From NCBI GenBank assembly GCA_032718475.1, contig JAUCBJ010004654.1, positions 1 to 46,354 of the forward strand: 46,354 nt of DNA. The letters run 5' to 3'. The notes beneath the pieces are model-generated. The model had not been told where the DNA came from and did no database searches. It saw only the letters and a program-made list of their open reading frames with translations. Made by a program: the position numbers and the translations under genes. Of this stretch, positions 1 through 12,282 are shown in pieces (position 1 is the stretch's first letter; every line of letters starts with the position of its first letter). This DNA is from Nemertoderma westbladi. Its lineage: Eukaryota > Animalia > Xenacoelomorpha.

Positions 1-718
1 ACTTGATGACACTTTGGTTTGACCCCTCCCCCCCCCCCCCCCCCTATGCTGACGCGTCAGCTTTAATATAATGCGATAAAAAGAATTACAATGTCGTAAG
101 GCAGTACTTCTCAGGATTAATTACTTCTTGATTCTTTTGAAAGTCTGAGCAATTCATAATTGATAAAACTTGATTAAACACAAATGTAATTAACAAATTA
201 AATAAATAACAAAATAGCAGGAGGCTACATTTGGATTTCGTCATTTTTGACACCATGGGTCTTCTAGTGTTAAACATACAAGAAAACGTTTTGTACCTAC
301 ACTTAAAACTCAATTGCCTTAAATTTATTAAAGTTGTTACAATTTAATTGTAACAACTTTAATAAATTTAAGTCAAATATTAGGTTATTAATTAAGTTTT
401 ATTCACTACAGTCCATCTCGACAATTTTGTAATGTTAGGTAGAAGGTACATATTGCTTATGTACTGTACCAACAGATGGCACTACTAAAATATGTTGGGT
501 GCATACTGACAAACTCATCTTGCTTTATTTGACACCAGAGTTTATACTGAGAAAAAAGAACCAAAAAGGAAAGAAAGGTATGAAAAGCACATTTTATAAA
601 AAATCAGCTGACACCTTGGCTATACCCCTCTCCCCCCCTGATGACACTTTAATGACACCCCTCATTGACCCCTCCCTCCCCCCCCTCGGTGCGTCAGCTG
701 ATTTGTGAACGGCCCCTA
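1..718. mobile_element. Right part of a putative non-autonomous DNA transposon (MITE); left end outside window
   Basis: Motif TGATGACACTTT...GACCCCTCCC...GCGTCAGC at 5-61 recurs at about 639-698; AAATCAGCTGAC/GTCAGCTGATTT inverted pair at 601-612 and 693-704; ends TTTGTGAACGGCCCCTA, which resembles a TIR end; no coding capacity. Confidence 0.4.
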
Positions 719-779
719 ACCGGGATTGAAATATAATGTATTATGGTTGGGGTACTAGAACTAAGTACACCCAGCCTCC

Positions 780-2927
780 GCAGCAGCAGACATAACCCCA
801 GTTTCTGCTACCGATCGCATTTGCTGGCCAGTCTTATGTCTGTGGGAGCCTCTTAGGCACATTAGGGCAGATTTAACCAGCACATTAGATTGACCAATGT
901 AGAATATGGGGATTCCTGCTTAACTGATAAGGATAACAACAGCGCAATCATGTTCACAAAAGCATGTGTGCACCTACTCATCCCCCCAGGTTGTGGCCAT
1001 CACAAACGGTCAAAATCCGGCATGTTCAATTGAGTTGACTCGTTCTCTATACCTCCTGCGTTTCTCCCCTTCATGCGTGGAGTATGCTGAACTTATCGAC
1101 TGTGGGTTGGACACACAGAGGGGTCGATCATAATCTGCTCGAAAGTTCCACCCCAAACTCCACTCACTGCTATATCCAGCCAGGAATCTAACTCCCTGGA
1201 TGTGCTATGCAGCCTAAACTGCTCATCATCGACTCGCTGTAGGTGGGGTTCTGTTTCGATGCTATGTGTGACTTCTGACAACAACTCTGCTAGGCAATCT
1301 CTTATGGCATTATGGTGAATACGTAGAAACCCTCTGTATGGGCAGTGAAGACAGTGTGAAACGGTAAATACTGAACCACAAACACAAGTCGCAGGTAGCC
1401 TCTCTGGAATCCAGCCATACTTCAAACAAAGGCTGTCATGGAATGCAGTTTTGTGTAGGGACATGCCTGGTTTAGAGATAGGCAAAGCATTTAGCCATGC
1501 TGAGGCTCTTTTCTCTTTAGCCAGGTTCCCGCAGTATTGTTTCTCTCTATCCAGGTTATTGTGCAATGTTTCACGTTGATCGAGCTCCTTCTTTATCGCG
1601 AGCTGGGAATCCCGTGGGAGTATGTCCTGTTCTGGTTCCATTGATTGGAAGGGCGCACACAACTCAACTGAGCATTTATAACTACCAATTAGATTTGTCG
1701 GCTGTGATATCGCTAAGCCTCCCTCTCTGACTGGGAGGGATAAAAGGTCCTACTCTAATTCGCCTGGAGGGGATCTCCCAGTTATGGTTGGAAGTAGTCT
1801 ACTGGTAACTAATTTCTCATAAGTATCCAGGGCATCCACAAAGCCTGGAGTTGTTCTCGCTAGATATTCCAACTTTGGCTGCAAGCCAAATTTCATGCAG
1901 CTATAAGCTGGATGAGGAGCATTCACTGCAAAACCGATTAGCCGATTCAGCTGCTCAGTTATATCCAAAACATGCCTGCTGATATATTCCCCACAGGCCG
2001 CATCGCTACCAATGACAGAACCTAGGACCCGGTGTCCGTCAGTTATTTGTACACCTGTTCCTCCGAATAATAATATAGCCTCACCCCGGTGTTCCTCTTT
2101 AACTATGAGATATGACTTCACAGCGTTGGGGAAGTAACCATACCCTGGACCAATGCAACAGATTCGATCCCAAAACTCCCGTAAGTGTGGTAGATGCCCT
2201 GTGAGGTTGTTATCATTGGCATACCACTTCTGTAGTGTCTTGGCGGCTGAACTGGAGCTGAAACCCGGTTAACATCAACTGAACCAGAGTTGATGTTGGG
2301 CCCCCCTGGGCTTTGGGTCGCTACAGCCTCTTGGTTTATTTCTTGATTGGTTGAGGTTTCTTCATCAACCGCTAATTTCTTTATCATCCGTAGTGTACCA
2401 ATAGTATACATCACCACTGCTATTGGGTCGCCTTGTGTCGACCCCTCCTCTAACCACACAACATCATTGTCAACATACATCGGTACTGGTTCACGATATG
2501 TATTAGTGAGAACAACCGATAATGCAGGTCAGATAACTGGTGAGTTCAATAGGGTCTGGCGTCTGTTTAAAGCATTGGAAGCATCCAGTAGTAGAATGCC
2601 TTCGCATTCTGTCTCAGAGTAAAACTCTCTCAGTGAGTGTACTGCATGCTCAATGCCAGGTATTTGGCCGAGACATAACTGAACATTTCCAACAAGTTAC
2701 TCCAGATCAGGCCTTACACATCTCATTATGACCTTCCCCACAATACGCCATAGGACTTCCCCAACTCTGATCGGTCTAACACCCAGCTTCTTGTCTAGTG
2801 GTACCAGCCGACCAGCAACAAAAGCTACTAGACTATTTGGGTCCAGGTATTCGACAGCCAAACACTTTGCTATACCTGCAACAGTGCTTCGTAAATCAAA
2901 AGAAGTCCTTCCGTCGTAGTGATCCAT
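780..2927 (-). mobile_element. Degenerate 5'-truncated CRE-clade-like non-LTR retrotransposon (RT + zinc finger + restriction-like endonuclease)
   Basis: Broken ORFs 2697-2927 (LVPLDK..VRPIRVGEVLWRI), 2118-2480 (EEGSTQGDP), a YADD in a shifted frame near 2215, 1750-2121 (VLGSVIG), 1093-1662 (AWLNALP, CVCG..HCLHC..HHNAIRD, LDIAVSG), then HEGEKRRRY and CLRGS near 850. Multiple frameshifts and stops. Confidence 0.8.
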
Positions 2928-4277
2928 AGTGATGTATCCTACCTTATTCCCCTTAGAAACATTGCATTGAAATGAGAAACAGTTTGATAATAATTTACAT
3001 TGGCTGAAGTGGAATGGTTGTATATATCAATTTAAGAATGATTTTCGCGGGATCTCACAAGACTTTTAAAATTCAGCTGCTTCCAGAATTTTGAAAACCC
3101 ACTATTTTTCAAGAATTTTTATGCAATATTTAAATTTGCATATGCAAGACGTTACTGCAAGTTCTCAATAACACCAGATTTGGAAAGGCCTTGTTCAGTA
3201 GACCATTAATTCCATCAATTTAGACCATTCAATTCGAACCATATCCTAATGAAATTTTGCTTGTTTTTCAGAAATTAAGAATAAAATTTTTTTTTAAAAA
3301 TTACTGGCATTTTTATTAAATTTGGCAGTGTGTAGTGAGGACAACGGTGATTAAAAAATTTTTTTTCATGTTTTGAAATATTGGCTAAAAGATGGGACAG
3401 GTTTCATTCGATTCTTGCAATGTCATTTTTTTGGCCAATTTGGCCACCTCTGGCCCACAGTAGTGAGGAACAACTATGGAATAGCCGAGCTTATTCCAGT
3501 CTCCGAACTTCCATCCCTATCCTTAAGAAGGATAGAATAATTCGCCTTCATTGCCAGTGACAAACTTCCAGTAAAACAAAACAAACTTCATACTCCCGGA
3601 TACATAGTACATTTTACCAGCTGCAGACTCGAACAATGCCCACGTTTCTCCAAAGGTAGGATTTCACAACCACGCATTGCAATTCGTAGAATCCTCTATT
3701 GCATATATTGTGTGTGTAGAATCCTCTATTTCATATATTGTGTGTGATCAGGACACAACATCTGGGTATGTCCGACGCTTTCTGCAGTCTGTGATTCCTG
3801 CTGCTTTCGTGGTCATTTGCAAGGGGCTAGTTGCCATATCAAATGTCCATCCAAGGACAAACTAGCCACCAGAAACTTAGTCATGTTTGAAATGTTTGCT
3901 AACTCGTACCTCAAGACAAGGGCTCAATACAACACGGGTAATGTACTTTGATTGTACTTTAATTGTACTTTTAATTCCTGATGACCGATCTTGAAAGGGA
4001 TTGGAAAGGGTGGACGGACACGCAAGTGTCTACTAACGACAAGAGTGGTCTTCGGTGAACAGTTGTAACTACGAGCTTGGAAAGAACTCAGAAAGCTTTG
4101 GTATCAGTTGACCCTCACCCAACATGACTGACACTGGTAATGTCACAAATCCGTACCCGTGGATATAATTTTTTTGCTCGAAAACAGGTCTCTCTGGGAA
4201 AAGACTCTTGTCTTTTTTTTCACAATTCAGTTACTAGTCAGTCTCCATGGGAAAACACTCTAATATTTTCGGGAACC

Positions 4278-4397
4278 AAGGTTTCAGAGACGGCTTTTCT
4301 AACCAAAACAATAAACGATGTTGTTACCAATTGAGGAAAAGGAGCAGGTTACAGAGGCAGCCTTTTCTATCCAAAACAATAAACAATATTGTTAACA
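4278..4397. repeat. About 67-70 bp repeat, 2 copies; same family as 45750-45908
   Basis: GGAGCAGGTTACAGAG..TTTTCTA.CCAAAACAATAAA unit seen here and at the end of the window. Confidence 0.7.
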
Positions 4398-4834
4398 TGT
4401 AATGTAATGGTTGAATTAGACTGGTATTATCTGTCATTGCCTGGGTTTGTTGGTACAATTTCTTTCTTTTTCTAGTTAACCTGTAGGTGAAGAAAGACAC
4501 ACTTTCGCAAATTCATTAGTACAACTTCACTTGTATCAGTTTCAGATGAGATCACCTCTGTATCCTTATCCTGACTTATTTTCTAGAACATTTTCTAGAA
4601 CAGAAATAAAACATGCTAGAATCAATTTATAATGTATTTCCAAGTATAAAATTTGCATTAGAAAAAATGAAAAAGAGTGGGATATATTTGCATATGCGCT
4701 GGTTGATGGGTATTCCACCATCCTGTTTCGTTTTCCATCATGCTTGTCTTCTTCACCTATAGACATCCCTTTCTATGTGGTGGATTTTCATTTTAATATT
4801 TAATTATTTAATTACAATATATGTTATGCTGCAG

Positions 4835-4957
4835 ATATTGATGAATGTATTATCAATACTCATAACTGCCACATTGATGCCAGCTGCACAAATACTATTG
4901 GTTCATTCACATGTGCATGCAATAATGGATATTCTGGTGACGGTGAATCATGCACAG
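4835..4957 (+). CDS. Exon encoding one calcium-binding EGF domain of a fibrillin/fibulin-like multi-EGF host protein
   Basis: GCAG|AT...G|GTAAGT, 123 nt, phase 1-1; translates (D)IDECIINTHNCHIDASCTNTIGSFTCACNNGYSGDGESCT with six Cys, DIDEC and CxNxxGSFxC consensus. Missed by the ORF track, which reports another frame. Confidence 0.92.
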
Positions 4958-5559
4958 GTAAGTTATTTTAGCATACAATATTTCATATTGAATAATTATA
5001 TGTGGTAATGGCCCTTATAAAGAAATAACGAAATGAGATAACGTTTCCACTTCAAGACATTTTGCCCTATAGCGCAAACTTTAGAAGCGCAGATGGACAC
5101 AGCCTGTGTTCTTGAACTTTTATGCCAAGCAATTTGCAGGTTAATTTATACGGATTAAAATCAAGGAGACGGTGGAAGATTTTTAATTTCAGACATTTCC
5201 CCATCTAGTGGCAGACTGGAGAACCGCTGATGGATCACCTTCCTCTCAAAGACACATAATTTTAAATTCGATCGAGCGAACCTGGAACTCGAAGTAGTTT
5301 TTATCCCCGGTTGTGATTTCAATTCCGAGATTACATTTCATGTCTTCTCCTCAGGTGTTTATAAGGGTCGGATAAATATTATGAACCGTCAATAAACCCT
5401 AAATGATATTTATGTCTCGGCCATGACTGACTTGGGATTTATTCTGTCGTTATCGTACTTTCTATCTCCCAATAACCAACTTTTGTACTGGTCTCAACTC
5501 GAGGTAATTGCTTGTGTTTGTTGATATGTTCATACTGCCAACCAATATCTACGGACACG

Positions 5560-7429
5560 CAAACAATATGTAGATGAAGCTATCGCAATCTTGGCTGAAT
5601 CAAAACCAAATCCGGAAATAAAGGAGAAGAAAGATGAAAAGACGATGAAACAATTAGAATTTCTTTCCCTTCAGTTACCATGTTTCAACGAATTTTCAAA
5701 TTTCCGAATGGCTTTTAGCAGATCTGGTTATCTTGCCCAGTGAGCGAAAAATCCGAGATCTCAAGAGTAGAGTGTCCAGTGACTTAATTGTAAAATCCTT
5801 GTTAAACAATACAGGAAATTCCTTACAGAACTTTGTCTCCGTTATAGTAGATGAAATCAAGATTAAACCATGGTTTATCTACCAGGGACATAGCGTTTTT
5901 GGTTATGCTGAAAACAATCCTGGGTGTTTAGCTACATCTATAGTTTGTATTATGCTCAAACTACTCCATGGTGGTCGATCTGCCATGGTTTCTATGTCTC
6001 CAGTCTGTAATTTGATGCCAGAATTTCAAATGGATAAGATCAAGGAAGTTCTACAATTAATTAAACAGCATGTAGGGTTTTCTTTGGTCATTATGTCGGA
6101 CAATCTGCATGTAAATCAGAAATTTTTTGCTTCATTTTCTTGTTTCTGTTCGGATGGATAGTCCTGTCCTTGGTTCTGTCCTTGGATAGTTCCACACCCC
6201 ATTGAGACTGATAAACCATGTTATTAATGATGTTGTTCATATTTGGCAATGTATTCGAAATAATTGGTTTACTGAACTAACGAAACAACGTAATGTTAAA
6301 TGGTAATACTGGTTGTTGGAGTGACATTGTAAAACGTTACAACAAGGAAAAGTCATCCATTTTGAAGATGACAGAACTAACAAATGCAGCGGTCCATCCA
6401 ACTCGTATTCAACACCAGAATGTTAAACTGGTTGCCAAGATATTTTTGGACAAAACAGTAGCGGCTCTAAGAAGTTCCGATGACAACTGTGATGGGACTG
6501 TTTATATAGTCGAATTGTTCCTCTATTGGTGGAAAGTTGTAAATGTCCAGAGTTATGGCGAGTCAAAGCAATTCTGTGATCCATATCGGCAGGCCATAAC
6601 TGGTCCAATTTGTGACACCATTGTTCACTTAGAAGAGTTTGCAAAACTTTTCGAAAATATCGTTCCAGCTATAGGAAAAAAAAGTATTCAAACTCTTACT
6701 CAGGATACTCGGTTAGCGCTTATCCGATCTACTCGAGGACTCAGTGCACTGTCTATATGCCTTATTAAGAATGGCTTCAATTACGTGCTAACAGGTAAAC
6801 TAGAAGCCGATCTGATTGAAGGTGAAATTAGTATTTTCCGAGGTTCATCTGGTTGAAATTTTTATCTTAGCCACAAATACGTTGCTTCTGGATTCCACAG
6901 TCGAGGTTTACAAACGTTAGCTAAGATGGATAACGTACCTCACAGTGAACATCCCCGAAGTTGTCCTAGTTGTGAATCAAAACTGACTAAAGAAATATTA
7001 TTATCAGTTGATTCAGTGTGGGAGCGTGTTGAAAAGGCTTCACAGGAGACTTTCACTAGTTGCGTCTATGTTGCTGGATACCTCAGTAGAAGAGTTCCCG
7101 AATTAGACAACAGTTCCGGTTCTGTCCCTGCAAACACAGAGTTTGTGGAACATCTTTCGAGAAACAGCCACCTACTCCCTTCTGTTGATATCGCCTTTTG
7201 TGTTACAGCCTGTTCCATTTGCTTAGATGATATTGATCCTGGAGTGATAATGTGTTATAAGCAGGTAGTTTCCATAACATCGGTTATTGCTTCTACTTAT
7301 AATATTACAGTCACGAATAAAGCGTGTTCTATTTTAGCGAATATGCTACTGAATGGGATGCAGAAACGTAGTTCAGATTTCTGTGAATGGGTAGTCGAAG
7401 AGGGGGTGAAAATAAAAGAGAAACTATAA
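5560..7429 (+). pseudogene. Degenerate P-element/THAP9-type transposase
   Basis: Collinear fragments 5733-6161 (IVDEIKIKP, SDNLHVNQKFF), DVVHIWQCIRNNW near 6230, 6293-6856 (QHQNVKL, YVLTGKLEADLIEGEISIFRG) and 6926-7429 (YVAGYL); stops and frameshifts; TIRs not found. Confidence 0.8.
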
Positions 7430-8009
7430 AGCGTCAACGAATCACCAACACCATTTAGTCAACAACACTTTGGAGAGAATATTATGAACATATTTATCTA
7501 CAGGGGAGTCAATCAGGCATTACTATGTATAAGCAAAAATTGATTTTTTTATGTAATTTATAATACTATGGAATATTTTAGTATTAATTAAAAAATAAAA
7601 ATTTAAAGTTTTATTTTAATGTTTATTTAATGTTGATTAAAAATATTAATTAAAATTTGTTAGAATCAATTACGTGGGAATTGTTTCTACATAAAGCTAA
7701 AGCCACTATGGTGCAAAACAACCTAAAACAATCTAAAAACAACTCAAACGTGTTCTAGAATATAAAAATGCTGTCATTACATGCTAGAATAAAAATGTTA
7801 ATAGTTTTACATGCACGAAAAAAATCTACAAATTAATTAATGAAGAGCCATTTTCAGGGCCATTGTTTTGTTTTTACTTTGTGGGGGAATGGGGGGGGGG
7901 GGGGGGGGGGTAGATATGGGAGGAATTGATGGTCTCCCCTATACTGTATATCTATAATATAACTTAGCTGATTGGAACAAGTACACCCGGTATGTCAATA
8001 TTATACATA

Positions 8010-10788
8010 TACTCCAGTCCCTGGCTTTAGACCCCGTAGGAATTTTGGGGTGGACGGGGTTTCTCACCGAATCCTAGTTGGACATACATATATGGGTGAA
8101 AAAAACTTGGGTAGACTTTCTGGTTCCTGGGCGTAAGTTTTTTATAGCCATTTGTTTTGTGCGTCCGTGAGCTGTTCACAATTTCAAAAATTGTGGCGAT
8201 TTGAGTATTTACTATGACAGTTTACTATGACAACGTAACATAATAATACACTTTAAAAATTGTGGTGAAAGTGGTAAAACATACCAGCGAATTTTTGCGT
8301 TATACGCCACATAATATACAGTACCTGTTTTTTAATACATTGTGAAAAGATCCAATTATTTCATGTAATAATGTTACCTATACATATTTTATATGCTGTG
8401 CAAGTAAATACATTGTGTTCTAGAATACTAGCTACTAATTTATAGCTATTAATAAAATTTGTTACATCATTTTAAGTATTTATTTTTAACATCATTTTAA
8501 GTATTTATTTTAAACATAAATCATTAATTTAACATAAAAACAGAAAGCAAAAGTCCCGAAGTCACCAATAATGTTCGTTAAATGGTATTTTCCGAACTTC
8601 AGGGTCCCCATAAACATAACCATGTAGGCTAATTATTTCTGTTACTGCACATCTTTCGCTATATTTTTCAATAAGAAATATCACAGAATTGTTCTAGAAC
8701 AATTTACAAACACATTATATTAAAGCAAATATATGTTATTAAAAAATCATTAAAAAATCATATGTGGCATATAATGCAAAAGTACCAGTAGCTAACAAAA
8801 CTGTGTTAGCTACAGTTTCATATTGTTTGATACGGGTATATATATTTTATACGTAAGAAGGCCCTTCTTATTTTATTTATAATGTAGAAAGAAGGTGTTA
8901 AAAGTACAGTACATATAATAAATAATATAATTATTTATCTTGTTTCGCAAATCAATCGCAAAGGTCAGTTGATATCGCTAAGGAAAGAGGAATGGAAATG
9001 GAAGAGATCCTTAGTTTCGATATCACACCATCGTCTTTGATTGATAGTCATGGTGCTACAACTAAGCCAATGAAATCCAGTTTAATTTCTGAGTTAATGA
9101 GAATGATGGAAAGTGTAGACATGAATTTTGAAAAAGACACCGCACTAAAGACATGTCTTGTTGTTGATGTTATGAATCAACTTCGCAGAATACCACTAAA
9201 GGGAAAGGGAACATTTCGTGAAATTTTCGAAGCGTTCAACCGTATTGTGAAGAGTGTCTGCATATTTAATCGAGTTGATTACGTTTTTGACAGTTATCTA
9301 CCATCATCGATCAAAAATGCAGAGAGAGAAAGACGATCTTCAGTTCAACAACTACCACTCACCTCCATTACTTCTGATGTGATGATTCCAGTTCAGATAG
9401 ATAGGTTTTGGGCATCAGGAGAAAATAAAGTATTGTTACAAGATGCGCTTAAAGGATTCATATTGGGTGTGTTGGAAAACCAACCGTGGGCACTATCTTA
9501 AGTGGTGTAGTTTGCGAAGATGAATCTATACCTGGAGTAATTCTAAAAGCGAACAGTGGAGGAGCGATCGAGGGTCTGGTGAAGTTCAACATTGAAGAAG
9601 CAGACCTGCGTCTCATTCCGCATATTTTGAACGCGGTTAAAGATGGATCTGAAAGAATCATCGTGCTCTCAAATGATACCGATGTGTTGGTGCTGCTCAT
9701 CCATTTCTACAACACTTTTCACGAGAATGGTTTGTCAGAGTTATGGATGAGAAAAACGTCAACAGAACTTATCCCAATTCATCGACTTGTGGAACAGATC
9801 GGTCCTATTAGTGAGGCTATACTTGCATGTCATTACCTCACTGGATCTGATGTTACTAGCAAAATAGGCACCGAAAGGGCAGCCCTAAAGGTGCACCCAG
9901 AACTCTATTTAAAGAACTTCGGGCGATGTTTCCCACCTAATAAAGAATCATTCAAACATGCAGAGCAATATTTGGTTAAGGTCATAAAGCCACGATCGAC
10001 TAGTAAAACGTTTGACAGTCTTCGATCCGAAATCGTTAGACAAGAAGGTGCTCCAAACTTATTAAACCTTCCTTGTTCAAGTCATTCATTGCAGGGTCAT
10101 TTGTTGCGCGCCTTCTACAATGTTTATTTGTGTACATCCATCAGTATTAAATAGTAACTCGCCCAACCTAGAACCAACAGATTATGGATGGTCTATTAAT
10201 GAGAATGACTCATCAATCATGCCCGATCCTTGGAATAATGAACTACCTAAATGGGCGACGGTTACTTGCTTCTGCAAGAAGTGCAATACTATGCGATGCA
10301 GATGCCGGAAAGATATCGTTTCTTGCACATCATTTTGCAAATGCAATTTTGAAATGGAGTGCGAAAATATTCCATAATAAGAACATTTTATAATTCATAG
10401 CATTTAATTAACATTATATAACATTTCATAATAAATTCACTCAGTGATCATATCAATATAACTATTTTACTGTGCCCTCGTTTCTTTATAACTCGCTTCG
10501 ATTGGTTTATGATGAATTGGAGTAAAACCGTTATATTTGGTTAACTCTGGTAACAACAGCTAAATAATAATTATCATTTGTACTCTTGATTTGGAAAAGT
10601 GATGAGGACACAGATGAATATTTGTATATTTATGACGTCATAAAATGACGTCATAAAAAACTTAGGCCCAGGAACCTAAAAGTCTACCCAATTTTTTTTT
10701 CTTCATTTTTGGACCCCAAACCCAGTTCAAGTGAGAAACGGCGTCCACCTCGAAATTCCTACGGGACTTAAGGCCAGGGACTGGATTA
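8010..10788 (+). mobile_element. Internally deleted Academ (AcademX-type) DNA transposon
   Basis: Imperfect TIRs of about 135 bp (TACTCCAGTCCCTGG... / ...CCAGGGACTGGATTA); 3-bp TSD ATA (8007-8009, 10789-10791); internal XPG-like domain and Cys8 finger typical of Academ. Confidence 0.85.
8992..10377 (+). pseudogene. Academ C-terminal XPG/FEN1-like nuclease plus Cys8 zinc finger, two frameshifts
   Basis: Motifs VVDVM, VFDSY, EEADLR, SNDTDV, LTGSDVTS, DYGW and C-x-C-x2-C-x4-C-x-C-x6-C-x3-C-x-C across ORFs 8992-9501, 9486-10154 and 10120-10377. Confidence 0.85.
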
Positions 10789-11199
10789 ATATACATTGAT
10801 TCAAAAATAATTAACATCCTGTAATTAATTAGTTAGTAATTCACCGGAGTTTCTGCGCTCAATCGCGATTGAAAATTCACGTTATGGTGATATCTACTTC
10901 ATTGAGCTCCTTTTTCGATGATTTTGAATGAATTTAATTAACTTGCATGTCGGACACCGCTAGCAGTATCCGAATTTCAGTTCTGCCAGTCCTGTAGTAG
11001 AGTTGTCCTTGGATAGTACATAGATTCCAAGATTCAGCATTAACAAATTAGGATCAAGGAAATGGGAAGTATTTAACTTTCAAACATTATACCTTCTAGA
11101 GACAGACAGAATTGTAGATGGATTGGCCTCCTTTGAAAGATACAGCTAATAATGGAGTCATACATGTATCTGCTTCATCAGATTAAAAGCAAAGATATG

Positions 11200-12130
11200 G
11201 GAGGACATTTAATGTTTAAACATGTAGCCCTCCAGTGGAAAACTATTGGAATTGGCGGTTTCTAAAATTCTCACAAAAATCTCAACTTTTGGTCCTATTA
11301 ATACGTACACTATACACATAGCACATACCCAAACGCATCTAAGCCAAAATTAATGATTTTAGAATACCAAAAGTAAACCAGCTCTAACTTATCATATCAA
11401 AATATCAAAATTTCAAAATCATATCAAAATTTATTGTTAAATTCGGGAATTATGACCAAGTAGTGTTGAAAAACCATTACATTTGCCATTAATATGTTCA
11501 GCTTAGAACTACCCGAACTGTATGGTTTACTACAATTAGCCCTTGAACGCAGCTATTTTAATTTCAATGGGTCGTTTTACACCCAGAAATACGATATGGG
11601 TATGGGCGACAAGCTTGCAGGGCCTTTTTCTATAAATTATGTCAATATTAAGGAGACTTTATATTTAAACAATTACCACCTATAACCAAACTGTTGGTTC
11701 CGTTTTTACGACGATGGTTGTTGGTCCGCCTGGTCCCACAGTGAAGAAGAAATTGATAAGTTTCTAGAATACTTAACTACTACCTACTTAACAACTACCA
11801 TCAAATACACTATGGAAAAAAGTTTCCATAGCATCCTTTTCCTCGATACCATGACAACCATAAACAATGCGGGACGCATTGAGTTTGAATTATATGTAAA
11901 AGTAAAACCCCCCAACGCCGGAATAAATCTGAATTACTATAGTGCACAGCTGCGCACCCTAAAACAACTATTATTAATACAGCTAGGACAGCGTTTAAAA
12001 GCGCCATCCGCCTTAGTACACTCCGAGCTGGGGAAGTACGCAGCCTCGATAAGGTTAAAACAACATTGACCAGTAACGATTACCCACTCGATCTAATAAA
12101 CAAATTAATCACACAAATAAAGCACACGGT
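11200..12130 (+). pseudogene. Old Penelope-like RT remnant
   Basis: YFNFNGSFYTQKYDMGMG (11494-11685), WFRFYDDG near 11695, ILFLD..FELYVK (11812-12069); heavily disrupted; boundaries approximate. Confidence 0.7.
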
Positions 12131-12282
12131 TTCCAAGTTGCTTTCCCGTCTGAAATTTTTTTATTTATTATTTTGGTGCACTGTAACCTTCCGTATATTT
12201 TTGGTGTACTAATATATTTGTGTACTATTATTCACCTTCCGTAGTTTTCGAAATTTGAAAACCACACGCCTTTAACAATTAA

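Noticed and set aside
2940-3463. Possible non-autonomous element ending GGCCCACAGTAG (Transib-like)
   Set aside because: No matching TIR or TSD found.
3978-4020. Hammerhead-like CTGATGA-hairpin-GAAA
   Set aside because: No convincing stem III, UH site or stem I, and no PLE ORF nearby.
4775-5008. ORF-track proteins 4775-5008 and 39729-39911
   Set aside because: Wrong-frame readings of the EGF exons.
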